Source of the DNA: a virus
Lineage: Duplodnaviria; Caudoviricetes
Direction: 5' to 3' (one strand)
IMG/VR virus record: IMGVR_UViG_3300014590_000001
Span: 64,001-128,000 of that record
Length of the DNA: 64,000 bases
A model generated the notes under the pieces. That model was not told the origin of the DNA. It saw nothing but the letters and a program-made list of their open reading frames with translations, and made no database searches. A program made the translations under genes and the position numbers. This document shows, in pieces, positions 19,845-28,729 of this stretch (within the stretch, counting starts at the first letter, position 1; every line of letters begins with the position of its first letter).

Positions 19845-20765
19845 ATGCTTGTCGAAATGAAACCTATTCGACAACGCGTTTTTGATCTTCTCAATCAAAG
19901 CAATATTTGTGCGGCAATGTATATGGTCAGTGGGAAGGAACCCACTGGCGATATCAGAGAAGATTTGAAACACGTTCGTGCAGTAAGTCTTTTAGATATT
20001 GCAACGGGTACAACAGGAATCACCGCAGGAAACCAAACGCTTTCGCAACGCGCAGTGATTAGTGGATATTCCGGATACGGTGCGAAGTTCTATCAAGATG
20101 GATCACTTGATGATATTCTTCTGCAAGATGCGTATCCAGTTTCTGTTTATCCTCAAGATCCAAATGCTACATATGAGGCGACATATCTTTGGGCTGCGAT
20201 CCGAAACTATTCTGGCTACTATCCGTCAACTCCTTATGAAACTGCGCTGGCTTCCGCATTCAATGCCAGCATAGGAGACAGTCCGGGAGTTATGATTGCA
20301 GATTACGGAACAGTATTTAATTTCCGTAAACTTTCATGCTTGGCCTTTGCTGCTACAAACTATAACGTGGCAAAAATTGAATACAGTGTGGATGGTGTAA
20401 AGTGGACTCAACTCACGATTGCCAATAGTCGCGTTCAACTTTTCGATTTCTCTGCGCGTTATATTCGTTACACTTCTCAGACTGCCGCAACAATTGCGTG
20501 TACGTATGTTTGGAAAGTTGTGCCGAAGGAAAATGCGTTTGCACAAGAAACGATTGATAAAATTGTTTTGTGTCGATTCAATGGCCCCCTGATGGGAACC
20601 AGTGTGGCGAACGTAAACAATCCGCTCATTAATAACTATATCGGAATTATTCTTGATATAGGAACGGACGTAACTGTTTCGGATACCGTATCAGGAACCG
20701 CAGCAATTCCTTATCTGCAAAGTTGTCGAATTGCTTTCGATTCAAATGTGGTGGAGGCTTCTTAA
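19845..20765 (+). CDS. Scaffold-family protein with F5/8-type C (discoidin) insert
   Basis: YMVSGKEP; ADYG...KIEYSVDGVKWT...SARYIRY. Confidence 0.7.
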   Translation: MLVEMKPIRQRVFDLLNQSNICAAMYMVSGKEPTGDIREDLKHVRAVSLLDIATGTTGITAGNQTLSQRAVISGYSGYGAKFYQDGSLDDILLQDAYPVSVYPQDPNATYEATYLWAAIRNYSGYYPSTPYETALASAFNASIGDSPGVMIADYGTVFNFRKLSCLAFAATNYNVAKIEYSVDGVKWTQLTIANSRVQLFDFSARYIRYTSQTAATIACTYVWKVVPKENAFAQETIDKIVLCRFNGPLMGTSVANVNNPLINNYIGIILDIGTDVTVSDTVSGTAAIPYLQSCRIAFDSNVVEAS

Positions 20766-21400
20766 TGCGATTAGTTCCTGGAAGTGCTCGTACCGCTGTT
20801 TACGAACGAACTCGTAAACAAAGTGGCGGCTCAACAATGGCAAACATGGTCGCAGCACTTATGTTTTTCGATGGTGTTATGCCGGATGCTGCAACAATTA
20901 AAGCCCGTTTTGCCGCAGGTCAAACAGGTGCGCCGCGTCAGGCGTGTTTGCATAACGTTATTTATCCGCACGAATCTCAGTATATGGGATCGGTTGCGTG
21001 GAAACTTGGATTCGAATCTATTATTCGTCCTTCGCGAAAATCTGAACTCGAATTCATTCTGAACATGACGGACGTAGGTTTAACTAACCCGTCATATACA
21101 GGAAAAGAAAGCGATCCGATGGCAACACGTCAGGCTCGCATTCACCGCGCAGGTACTCCAACTTGGTTCGCAATTGCTTTTACAAGCGGATCTGGATATT
21201 TAAGTTTAAATGGAAACGCCGTTCCTACGGCAGCAACCGGCTCGAACCAAATTTATTTCTGCGCTCTTGGTACTGTAGGCAATGAAGACAGTACAGCAGA
21301 TTTGAAACTTGTCGGCGGCAATTTGGAAGCAACTCAAACTTCCCCAATAGATCTTAGCAAGGTTCCTATTATTGCTAATTTAAGAATTCAGTTAAGATAA
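20765..21400 (+). CDS. Scaffold-family protein (scaffold only)
   Basis: TAATG start at 20765; FFDGVMP, AGTPTWF, GTVGNEDSTADLKLVGG. Confidence 0.7.
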   Translation: MRLVPGSARTAVYERTRKQSGGSTMANMVAALMFFDGVMPDAATIKARFAAGQTGAPRQACLHNVIYPHESQYMGSVAWKLGFESIIRPSRKSELEFILNMTDVGLTNPSYTGKESDPMATRQARIHRAGTPTWFAIAFTSGSGYLSLNGNAVPTAATGSNQIYFCALGTVGNEDSTADLKLVGGNLEATQTSPIDLSKVPIIANLRIQLR

Positions 21401-21418
21401 AATTCAAAGGAATATACT

Positions 21419-21658
21419 ATGCAAATCGAAGTCGCTTTAGCAGCAAAAGAATTTACTTCCCTAAGTGCTGACCTGTCTCTGTTACAGGAAGAATATCAAA
21501 CTCTTTTCCGTGAGGAACTCAGCACTTACGGAGTGAATAGTCCCGCTCAATTGGACGCGGATCAGATGAGTGCTTTCTTCACTCGTGTTTCTGACAAGTG
21601 GAAAGCTCGCAAACTGGCGCTGTACAAAGAGGGGAAAATTGATGACAGCAAACTCTAA
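21419..21658 (+). CDS. Small helical protein, possible internal head protein
   Basis: AAGGA RBS. YQ..F...L..YGVNSPAQL......FF..V..KW resembles small myovirus head-associated proteins. Confidence 0.5.
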   Translation: MQIEVALAAKEFTSLSADLSLLQEEYQTLFREELSTYGVNSPAQLDADQMSAFFTRVSDKWKARKLALYKEGKIDDSKL

Positions 21659-21670
21659 GAGGTAGTAAAT

Positions 21671-21994
21671 ATGTTGCCTGATGTGCAAGACGTAATTAAA
21701 CACTACGATTGGTTCCAGTTGTTCGGTTATATTTGCACTTGGGTAGGCGGCGTTCTTGTTAATTATGTTCAAAAGACAAAACGTGAAGGTTTAGATTGGC
21801 GTCAATACTGGACGAACAATCCGTTCTCTACTGTAGCGAGCGTGTTCGTTAGTATTGGCCTTTTCGTTAACCTGATCGGATCTGGCGAAACTAATCACAT
21901 TACGTTTTTCTCCGTTGCGTTTATGGCTGAAAACCTAATCAACAACGGATCATCACGTAGCAACGCAAACGACTCAAACGCAAAAACAGAATAG
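21671..21994 (+). CDS. Putative holin
   Basis: 107 aa, 2-3 hydrophobic segments, polar C-tail, directly upstream of spanin-like genes. Confidence 0.55.
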   Translation: MLPDVQDVIKHYDWFQLFGYICTWVGGVLVNYVQKTKREGLDWRQYWTNNPFSTVASVFVSIGLFVNLIGSGETNHITFFSVAFMAENLINNGSSRSNANDSNAKTE

Positions 21995-22004
21995 CGAGAG
22001 ACAT

Positions 22005-22283
22005 ATGCAAACGCTGAAAAAATATTGGCTCTGGTTCGTAGGCGTTGTTGGTGTGTTAGTTACCATTTATTTGGTTCGCCCACGCAGCAAAACTTCTACA
22101 GGGATTAGCGAGCTACAGAAAGCCGAAGAAAAGATTCGTGAATCGACTATCGCGCGTCAGAAAGAGGCGGCGAATGAAGTTACTGAATCTGTTAGTAAGC
22201 TGAATGAGTCTCGCAAACCTGAAACAGTTGTCGATCAGAATAAAGATATGGATGCGCTTGCGGAGGAATATAACAAGCTATGA
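22005..22283 (+). CDS. Putative i-spanin (Rz-like)
   Basis: KK followed by an N-terminal TM segment and a charged coiled coil; ATGA overlap with the lipoprotein gene. Confidence 0.6.
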   Translation: MQTLKKYWLWFVGVVGVLVTIYLVRPRSKTSTGISELQKAEEKIRESTIARQKEAANEVTESVSKLNESRKPETVVDQNKDMDALAEEYNKL

Positions 22284-22744
22284 GGAAGATAATTCTTCTT
22301 CTCGCTTTCGTATTGGTTGGATGTAATAGTCTGCCGGAAATTCCCGATAGTTCTAAAACATCCATCCAATCTATTCCGCGTGTTGAAAGTCTTACGTGGG
22401 AGAAAGTTGATGTTCCCGCGAAACCAAAAATAACATTGAAAGAGATCGAAGAGAAGAAAGTTGCGGTGCTCGATAACAAAGGTATGGCTGATTTAATCAA
22501 GCTATATTCGAGTGCAAAAGATCGTACCAGTGAAGTTAATTCATTGGTTGCGGTTCTTAACCGTACTATCGACGAACGAAACAAATTGTTAGATTTGGCG
22601 AAGGCTGAAGAACTTAGGTCTAATGCGTTAGCGAAGGATTTAAGTGCGGAGCGTGAGGCGAGGATTAACGAACAACGAGCAGCAGATTTGCAAATAACTA
22701 TTACGCGAGTGATAGCTTTAATTGCAGTCGGTTTTGCTCTATAA
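22280..22744 (+). CDS. Spanin-like lipoprotein with C-terminal hydrophobic anchor
   Basis: Lipobox LVGC (Cys15), coiled coil, C-terminal ITITRVIALIAVGFAL. Confidence 0.65.
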   Translation: MRKIILLLAFVLVGCNSLPEIPDSSKTSIQSIPRVESLTWEKVDVPAKPKITLKEIEEKKVAVLDNKGMADLIKLYSSAKDRTSEVNSLVAVLNRTIDERNKLLDLAKAEELRSNALAKDLSAEREARINEQRAADLQITITRVIALIAVGFAL

Positions 22745-22749
22745 ACGAC

Positions 22750-22779
22750 AAAAGGGAGGCCATTCGGCTTCCCTTTTTT
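22750..22779. terminator. Bidirectional terminator at the strand convergence
   Basis: AAAA-GGGAGGCC-ATTC-GGCTTCCC-TTTTTT. Confidence 0.85.
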
Positions 22780-22784
22780 ATTTC

Positions 22785-23558
22785 TTATTCCAGATTTGTT
22801 CTGATATCACCTAACAGCCATTCACCGTGAGCGTGAATAGTAGTCAGCACTTCAGAAACGTTATCCAGATGATCTTTCAGGCTCATACTTACCAGCGCTT
22901 GTGCGTCGGCTTCTTCAGATCCGGAATTGGTATCGTGTGCAAACAGCAATTCACTCAGCGTAGACATAAGATTGCGCGTATTGTTCGTTGCATCAGCGAA
23001 ACCGGATTCAGTTTCAGACCAACCGGAGTAACCGGAAGTGTCACGGCTTGCGTGAGCGTTGATCATATCGACGTTACTGGTATCGCCGTTCATCGCATAT
23101 ACACCACGCGCCAAAACATAATTCAGCGTTGAAATCGCGTTCATGGATTCGTTGCGAACAACGGTCATTGCGCGAGGTGTGCGATTAAACAAATTGCGAC
23201 CGTCGAAGATTGCGCCTTTAGCGCCGCTGTACGGGCACGGATCAACAGGACTAGGGCAATCGCTATCATCCGCAGCGCATTCGTCTTCAGAATAGTAATC
23301 GTTGAGCGGTGTGTCGATAACGATACCTGCATTGAAGAAAGCGTTTTCCAGCGCCAGCGAAAGTTTGAAAACGTTGTCTGCTTTTTCGTGGATCTGGTTT
23401 GCGATGTTCGCGTCTGCCTGACGTTGGCGATGCGGCGCAACACTTCCGATAGAATCTTCAGTCAGAAGTTTTGCTGAAGTGTTTTCCGCAGGAGCCTTTT
23501 CGAAGCGTCCAGTAGTCGGATTTTTCTGAACTTTTGAACCATTTGCTTTAGAAGTCAT
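22785..23558 (-). CDS. Hypothetical protein (paralog of 23567..24331)
   Basis: 257-aa ORF; LSELLFAHDT resembles ISWALFGHET in the neighbour. Confidence 0.7.
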   Translation of the reverse strand: MTSKANGSKVQKNPTTGRFEKAPAENTSAKLLTEDSIGSVAPHRQRQADANIANQIHEKADNVFKLSLALENAFFNAGIVIDTPLNDYYSEDECAADDSDCPSPVDPCPYSGAKGAIFDGRNLFNRTPRAMTVVRNESMNAISTLNYVLARGVYAMNGDTSNVDMINAHASRDTSGYSGWSETESGFADATNNTRNLMSTLSELLFAHDTNSGSEEADAQALVSMSLKDHLDNVSEVLTTIHAHGEWLLGDIRTNLE

Positions 23559-23566
23559 TTTCTACC

Positions 23567-24331
23567 TTAGAAAGTTTCGTTGATACGATAAGTTACGGCC
23601 TGAACAGTGTTCTGCATGTTTTCGATCTTACGCAGCGCCACGTCCAGCATGTAGACGATACCGATGATTCCGTTATCAGAAGATGCACCGGAAGCAGTTT
23701 CGTTTTCAGTTTCGTGACCAAAGAGTGCCCACGAAATGTTGTCCAGATTCGAGCGGCAGTTACTGAAGTTTTGATTCAGGTTGTCATAAACAGATGCAAC
23801 CGAACGACCGATTAGAATACGATCCGCAGCATATTCGCAACGGTCTTCAGCGCCGCACAGTTTCTTATCTGTTTCGTCGTTACCGTTAACGTACAGATCC
23901 AGCAGGTAGCTTGTGCGACCTAAAGTATCAGCAGCATAACGCAGCGCAGAGATAGCGGATTCATCCGTTGCGCCGTATTGACCGTGCAGATCGCGCAGTG
24001 CAGTCAGATGCGCTTCCATATCTTCGTACAGCGTATCGGAAACCAGACCGTTGTGGAAGATACCAACTTTACGCAGCGCTTCAGCCAGCAGATGAACAGA
24101 GTCAGAAAGTTGTGCGTTCAACATTGCCAGTGAAACAATTGGAGAACTTTCGCGCACAGGCGCTTTAATTGCCGGAGCAGCAACAGTGCGCGGAGAGCCT
24201 GACGCTTTACGCGAACCCGCTTCAGCCAGTTTTTCTTTTGGAATACTGCCGACAATAGTTGCGTTACCTGCATTCGATTTTGCGCGAGCGTGTTCTACGC
24301 GTTCGTTCTTACGTGCTTTTTCAGTTGTCAT
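23567..24331 (-). CDS. Hypothetical protein
   Basis: 254-aa ORF with a basic low-complexity N-terminus. Confidence 0.7.
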   Translation of the reverse strand: MTTEKARKNERVEHARAKSNAGNATIVGSIPKEKLAEAGSRKASGSPRTVAAPAIKAPVRESSPIVSLAMLNAQLSDSVHLLAEALRKVGIFHNGLVSDTLYEDMEAHLTALRDLHGQYGATDESAISALRYAADTLGRTSYLLDLYVNGNDETDKKLCGAEDRCEYAADRILIGRSVASVYDNLNQNFSNCRSNLDNISWALFGHETENETASGASSDNGIIGIVYMLDVALRKIENMQNTVQAVTYRINETF

Positions 24332-25050
24332 TTACCGTACCTTTCTACCAGTTGTTTATGTTTATGGTAACGAATCACGCTATCTTGCGCAGGAATATTT
24401 TCACGCAAGAACGAAGAAGCGAAATTCAGTATTGGAGTGAAGTCAAACACAACTCCGCGCGAACAGGTGAAAGAGGAATTCGTTAACGGAATTACTCGCT
24501 CATGCTCTATGCGAAGGAAACACATTTCATTTTCTTCATCCGGCATATTCTCAGTAAGAGAAATAATGCCAGCGATAATCCCTTCGGTGATCGTCGTGTT
24601 ATCAGTCAGCCACTTGTATAATGACTTTACAGTTTTCTTCTTAGTGATAAGAAGGAATAGTGGAGGAACACACAGACGTTCACGAAACTTTGTGTGCGCT
24701 TCAGCAACGGCGAGATCAATAATCTCTTCAGCTTCTTCCACAACTTTGCGAACACCGTGCTGCATACATTCGGCGTAACTATCAAACGCTTCTATTTCCG
24801 TTCTGGACATTGTATGGCTGTACACTGCGTACAGGTTCTGTCCGGAAGGAATCATAGCAATGAAGTGCGTAGCGTTTTCAAACATAGCAGCATCTACATG
24901 TTTGATTTCAACGCTGATTAGTTTTGAATACTCGGCATTGTTGCGAGGCATTGGAATTTCGCCCATGTACATGAGTTCCGCAATACGGTCTACGGTTTGA
25001 TCATGCACAATCTGCATTTCATCACTGCCAATACTGTTTGCAAGGTTCAC
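24328..25050 (-). CDS. Hypothetical protein
   Basis: 240-aa ORF with 4-nt coupled overlaps. Confidence 0.65.
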   Translation of the reverse strand: MNLANSIGSDEMQIVHDQTVDRIAELMYMGEIPMPRNNAEYSKLISVEIKHVDAAMFENATHFIAMIPSGQNLYAVYSHTMSRTEIEAFDSYAECMQHGVRKVVEEAEEIIDLAVAEAHTKFRERLCVPPLFLLITKKKTVKSLYKWLTDNTTITEGIIAGIISLTENMPDEENEMCFLRIEHERVIPLTNSSFTCSRGVVFDFTPILNFASSFLRENIPAQDSVIRYHKHKQLVERYGK

Positions 25051-25655
25051 ATCTTTCTCCTGAATTGTCGCTGCGTCATGCGCTGCATTTTCGGATTGTG
25101 ATTCTGTTTATAAAACTGGCGACGGTTCATGCTGGCAAAATTTCCGTTACCTTTCTGTTCACGAAACGCTTCAGGTTCAGTGAACAGAAAGCGAATACTT
25201 TCTGTTCCCCACTGCCCTTCCATTTGTTTTGCAAGCTGGCGTATTTGTTCACGCGCAGTTTCAATAGACAGGATTTCAATATCCAGTGCAATTAACTGTT
25301 TGAAGATTTCGTTTTCTGCTACAGGCTGATCACAATATCCTTTGCGGATTGCTTCACGCTGAAGATGATGGAACAGAGTACGAACTTGCTGCGCACCTAA
25401 TGGAGCATTCTCTTCTTCAATCCAGAAGATATCTGTTTCTTTCCACTCAGGAGCATCAACCATATCGCGATAACGTTTGACCAGCGCGATCTCTTCCTCA
25501 GTCTTTGCATCTTCCAGCAGATGAAAGATTCTAAACTTATGCCCGTTATTCTCACTGCGCAAACAGCCCAATCCCAACATGACACCCGCTAAATAATATT
25601 CCTCCTTACTCAGCGGCTTGTCACTAATACGTTGTTCGAAACCAATTCCGATCAT
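25047..25655 (-). CDS. Hypothetical protein
   Basis: 202-aa ORF with a basic tail. Confidence 0.65.
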   Translation of the reverse strand: MIGIGFEQRISDKPLSKEEYYLAGVMLGLGCLRSENNGHKFRIFHLLEDAKTEEEIALVKRYRDMVDAPEWKETDIFWIEEENAPLGAQQVRTLFHHLQREAIRKGYCDQPVAENEIFKQLIALDIEILSIETAREQIRQLAKQMEGQWGTESIRFLFTEPEAFREQKGNGNFASMNRRQFYKQNHNPKMQRMTQRQFRRKM

Positions 25656-25879
25656 CGTCTTCCCCGATTGATTCTTCTTACTGGTTTGTTTACAGATTTA
25701 AAATTCTTGCGTGGATCGCGAACGTCACGACGAGCATTCTGTAGGTCAAAGATGGTAAGCGGATTAATTTCCTTTGCCGGAAGAATCTCTACAGTGTTCT
25801 TGAGAGATTCTATCAGCGCCTTACCAACTCCGCTCGGCATACATGCGCCCAAAACAACTACCTGCTTTTTCTCACTCAT
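25652..25879 (-). CDS. Hypothetical small basic protein
   Basis: Start re-assigned to MSEKKQ (25879). Confidence 0.55.
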   Translation of the reverse strand: MSEKKQVVVLGACMPSGVGKALIESLKNTVEILPAKEINPLTIFDLQNARRDVRDPRKNFKSVNKPVRRINRGRR

Positions 25880-26321
25880 TCGTTTCACCAAAGATAAGTT
25901 TCTTTTGGCGCTCAAGGCGAGTCGCAGTGTATGGCGCAAAGATACGATCATGCCGTTCTTTCTGGCGTAACTTTTCGTCGCGCAGAGAGCGAGCCGTATC
26001 AGTAATGGCATCGACTTCAGCAACGAAAGCATTTTTGAATCGTTCGGCGCACTCTGCAATTGTACGAGTTTGCGCAGGGAATTCATTAACGCACAGAATA
26101 ACATCGCTATCCAGCATATTGTCATTAACGAAATCAGCAGCATCCTCTGCCAATCGTTGTGGATTAGTTCCACGGAAAGTTTTTAATACGCGCTTATTGT
26201 TGTACGTATAGATTACGTCAGCAACTAAACCAGCACCTTCGGCATAAGCACGAACAACAAGGTTAGCAACATCAAATTCCGCTTTGCACGACGCGGTTTT
26301 ATAAATAAGTTTCGCTTCCAT
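25872..26321 (-). CDS. Hypothetical protein
   Basis: GAGG RBS before MEAKLIY (26321). Confidence 0.6.
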   Translation of the reverse strand: MEAKLIYKTASCKAEFDVANLVVRAYAEGAGLVADVIYTYNNKRVLKTFRGTNPQRLAEDAADFVNDNMLDSDVILCVNEFPAQTRTIAECAERFKNAFVAEVDAITDTARSLRDEKLRQKERHDRIFAPYTATRLERQKKLIFGETNE

Positions 26322-26328
26322 GCTAACC

Positions 26329-26559
26329 TCAGTACGCAATATACGAGCAATTGTCTTTGTTGATATAGACAACGAGTTTCTTAAACGGCTTTATTATTTT
26401 TAAAAACGTTTTGCCGAAGAAATGTTTCTGACCAATGCCTCCGCACATATAAAAGAATTTGCACGAAGGAGGCACACGCACTTCAGAGAAGCACTGGACT
26501 ACAGTGACTTCATGAGTCTCTTTCAGTCCATCAAGGATTTGCTTTAGTTTACTTTCCAT
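26329..26559 (-). CDS. Hypothetical protein
   Basis: 76-aa ORF filling the gene train. Confidence 0.5.
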   Translation of the reverse strand: MESKLKQILDGLKETHEVTVVQCFSEVRVPPSCKFFYMCGGIGQKHFFGKTFLKIIKPFKKLVVYINKDNCSYIAY

Positions 26560-26900
26560 TTTTGGTTTCCTATTGGAACAACATTATTTGTTGGCGCACT
26601 ATCGGATCTGAATCTACCGATAGGAATTTCTACGCCGTCCACGACTTCGAACACTCTTCCGTTCTTACGAACAAAATTAAGAACTTCTGCATGTACAAGA
26701 AGAATTGCGCAAACGGTCTGCGCATTCAGTTCTTCAAAGGACATAGCAAAAAGTTTCGGTTCGATTTCGTGCGAGTAAATATGCACCGCAGCACAGTCAT
26801 CATTCTTGCCTAAAGACAGTTGATATTGTGCAGCACGACGCGCTCGCTTTTTGATCTTTTGCAGCGTGGTATGTTGGTCGATTCCGAAACGTTGAAACAT
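26544..26900 (-). CDS. Hypothetical protein
   Basis: 118-aa ORF. Confidence 0.6.
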   Translation of the reverse strand: MFQRFGIDQHTTLQKIKKRARRAAQYQLSLGKNDDCAAVHIYSHEIEPKLFAMSFEELNAQTVCAILLVHAEVLNFVRKNGRVFEVVDGVEIPIGRFRSDSAPTNNVVPIGNQKWKVN

Positions 26901-26902
26901 AG

Positions 26903-27490
26903 CTATCCCATATATTGAGGACGCGCTTTTTCGATGATACCGCGCAAATGGTTGAATTCAGCAGTGACTCCAACCAGACCTTTCGAAATGATTTCTTTCG
27001 CTTCGAGGATCAGGTTTGAATCAGCCAGATAAAGATGATCCAACACGATAACTTTCTCCACTGAATAGCTAACGAGTTTTGTTTCATCATTACGAGGGAA
27101 GTTTTTCAGGTTACTGATAATATCAGCACACTTGATGTTATGACTTCCTTCAGACTGTTCAGCCAAATGCGCAACGTTTTGCCAGAAGCGATCCACGCGT
27201 GGAACACTTTTATCTTCGGCAACGTTCGTCACACCGTTAACCAGATCGCCAACCACAGTACCGAAATGAAACTTAACTTGTTTCAGGGTACGATTGGTAT
27301 CTTCAACAACATCGTGAAGCACACCGCCAACAATTTCAGATGCAGGACGATCATGACGACGGAGAATTTCTGCTACTTCGATTGGATGCAGCACATACGG
27401 TTCGCCAGTGTATTTGCGAACTTGTCCAGCGTGTGCTTCGGCGGCAAAAATAATTGCCTGATTGTACATACGAGATTCGGATTCGGTCAT
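26903..27490 (-). CDS. HD-domain small alarmone hydrolase (RelA/SpoT hydrolase, Mesh1-like)
   Basis: AHAGQVRKYTGEPYVLHPIEVA...LHDVVEDT...IKCADIISNL. Confidence 0.85.
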   Translation of the reverse strand: MTESESRMYNQAIIFAAEAHAGQVRKYTGEPYVLHPIEVAEILRRHDRPASEIVGGVLHDVVEDTNRTLKQVKFHFGTVVGDLVNGVTNVAEDKSVPRVDRFWQNVAHLAEQSEGSHNIKCADIISNLKNFPRNDETKLVSYSVEKVIVLDHLYLADSNLILEAKEIISKGLVGVTAEFNHLRGIIEKARPQYMG

Positions 27491-27494
27491 ATTT

Positions 27495-28505
27495 TTATTT
27501 TCCGTTAGATTCTTCTGAAGTTCCTGAAACAATACACGGAGCAATCCATTTCAGAATAAGTTTCTGAATTGCTTTTGCACCTGTCCAGTAGCGATGCCAA
27601 TGCGCACAGCGAATATGTGCTTTTCGACTCCCACCTTCTCTATTTACAGTTTCGTTGAACTCACGAATTATTTCTAAATACTCCTGGCCAATCGTAACTT
27701 CTTTTGAAACTCCTTTGGTCTGAAGTTTATAACTGCGACCTTTACGGCGCGGAGCAGGACGCGAGAATTTACTTTCAGAAGAATCGGCAGGTTCCATCGA
27801 CGCAACAAACAACAAACTTTTAATTAAGTGCTCTTGCGTCATTTCAATAATGCGTCGATGGTTGTCCAGAACTTCCAGAGAGGTGGCATTGAGCGAAGTT
27901 ACTGGTGCATAAGTTTTATCTTCACGCAATCCGAAGTCTTGATCTAAATCCAGTTTGAAACTTACCCACGCGCTGTTATCGCGAGTACCTGCAACCAGAT
28001 CAATAATCGTATATTCAACAATGCAGTAAAGAAAGTTTTTATTTCCTTCAGTCAGGAAACTTACAAACGCCCCTTCCACCATTGCCTGATCGTTTGATCC
28101 ATTCTGCGCAGAGAATAAAGCATTCAAACTTATCCACTGCGTCCAGTGCGGAAAACGGCGGAGAATTTCTACTGGAATAACTTTCGGTGCATCCGATTGC
28201 ATCACATGTTCGTTAAGTTCTTCCGGAATGTTTATTTTGATTCGCGAGTAATCCCAAAAGAAAAGCGCGAATATATCACGCATCATTTGGTAAAACTTTT
28301 CGTCGCGCTTCTCTTCATGAATAAGAGGAAGCCACGTAAGGAATTCTTCGAAAGGAACTCCGTTGTGTGGAACCTTGCCTTGATTTCGCGTCAGATACTT
28401 TTCAAAACCATCCTTCAGATGCTGGCGTAAGTTTTTACCGTCACGCTCGTAGCTGGACATAACGCCCATAACTTCATCGTAGAAATGCTCTGCCGTATTT
28501 CTCAT
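27495..28505 (-). CDS. AcrVA2-family-like protein
   Basis: 336 aa; W.YS..I.I..EL....IPVEILRRFPHWTQWI and C-terminal HIRCAHWHRYWTG...LKWIAP..V. Confidence 0.55.
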   Translation of the reverse strand: MRNTAEHFYDEVMGVMSSYERDGKNLRQHLKDGFEKYLTRNQGKVPHNGVPFEEFLTWLPLIHEEKRDEKFYQMMRDIFALFFWDYSRIKINIPEELNEHVMQSDAPKVIPVEILRRFPHWTQWISLNALFSAQNGSNDQAMVEGAFVSFLTEGNKNFLYCIVEYTIIDLVAGTRDNSAWVSFKLDLDQDFGLREDKTYAPVTSLNATSLEVLDNHRRIIEMTQEHLIKSLLFVASMEPADSSESKFSRPAPRRKGRSYKLQTKGVSKEVTIGQEYLEIIREFNETVNREGGSRKAHIRCAHWHRYWTGAKAIQKLILKWIAPCIVSGTSEESNGK

Positions 28506-28729
28506 TACTCTTTCTTCTCTTTTGGAGTTACAAAACTTGCGTGACCATTAGCGCTATACACACCTTCGCCGCGATGGAAATTGCAGTCAGGGTTTGAGCA
28601 ATATTCCCAATAGTCGAAATTGCGATACGGGAAAGTTTTAGACAGTTCAGCGTTGCACAGCAGAAAAATAACAGGCCACTTACATTTTACGCACTGACTG
28701 TTTTCGAGAATGCTTACGTTGTTTTGCAC
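28505..28729 (-). CDS. Small Cys-rich (Zn-binding) protein
   Basis: CVKC and CSNPDC motifs. Confidence 0.55.
   Translation of the reverse strand: MQNNVSILENSQCVKCKWPVIFLLCNAELSKTFPYRNFDYWEYCSNPDCNFHRGEGVYSANGHASFVTPKEKKE

Noticed and set aside
10117-21400. DGR or invertase shufflon as the diversifier of the array
   Set aside because: No reverse transcriptase, adenine-specific TR/VR pair, recombinase or inverted cassettes were seen in the window.
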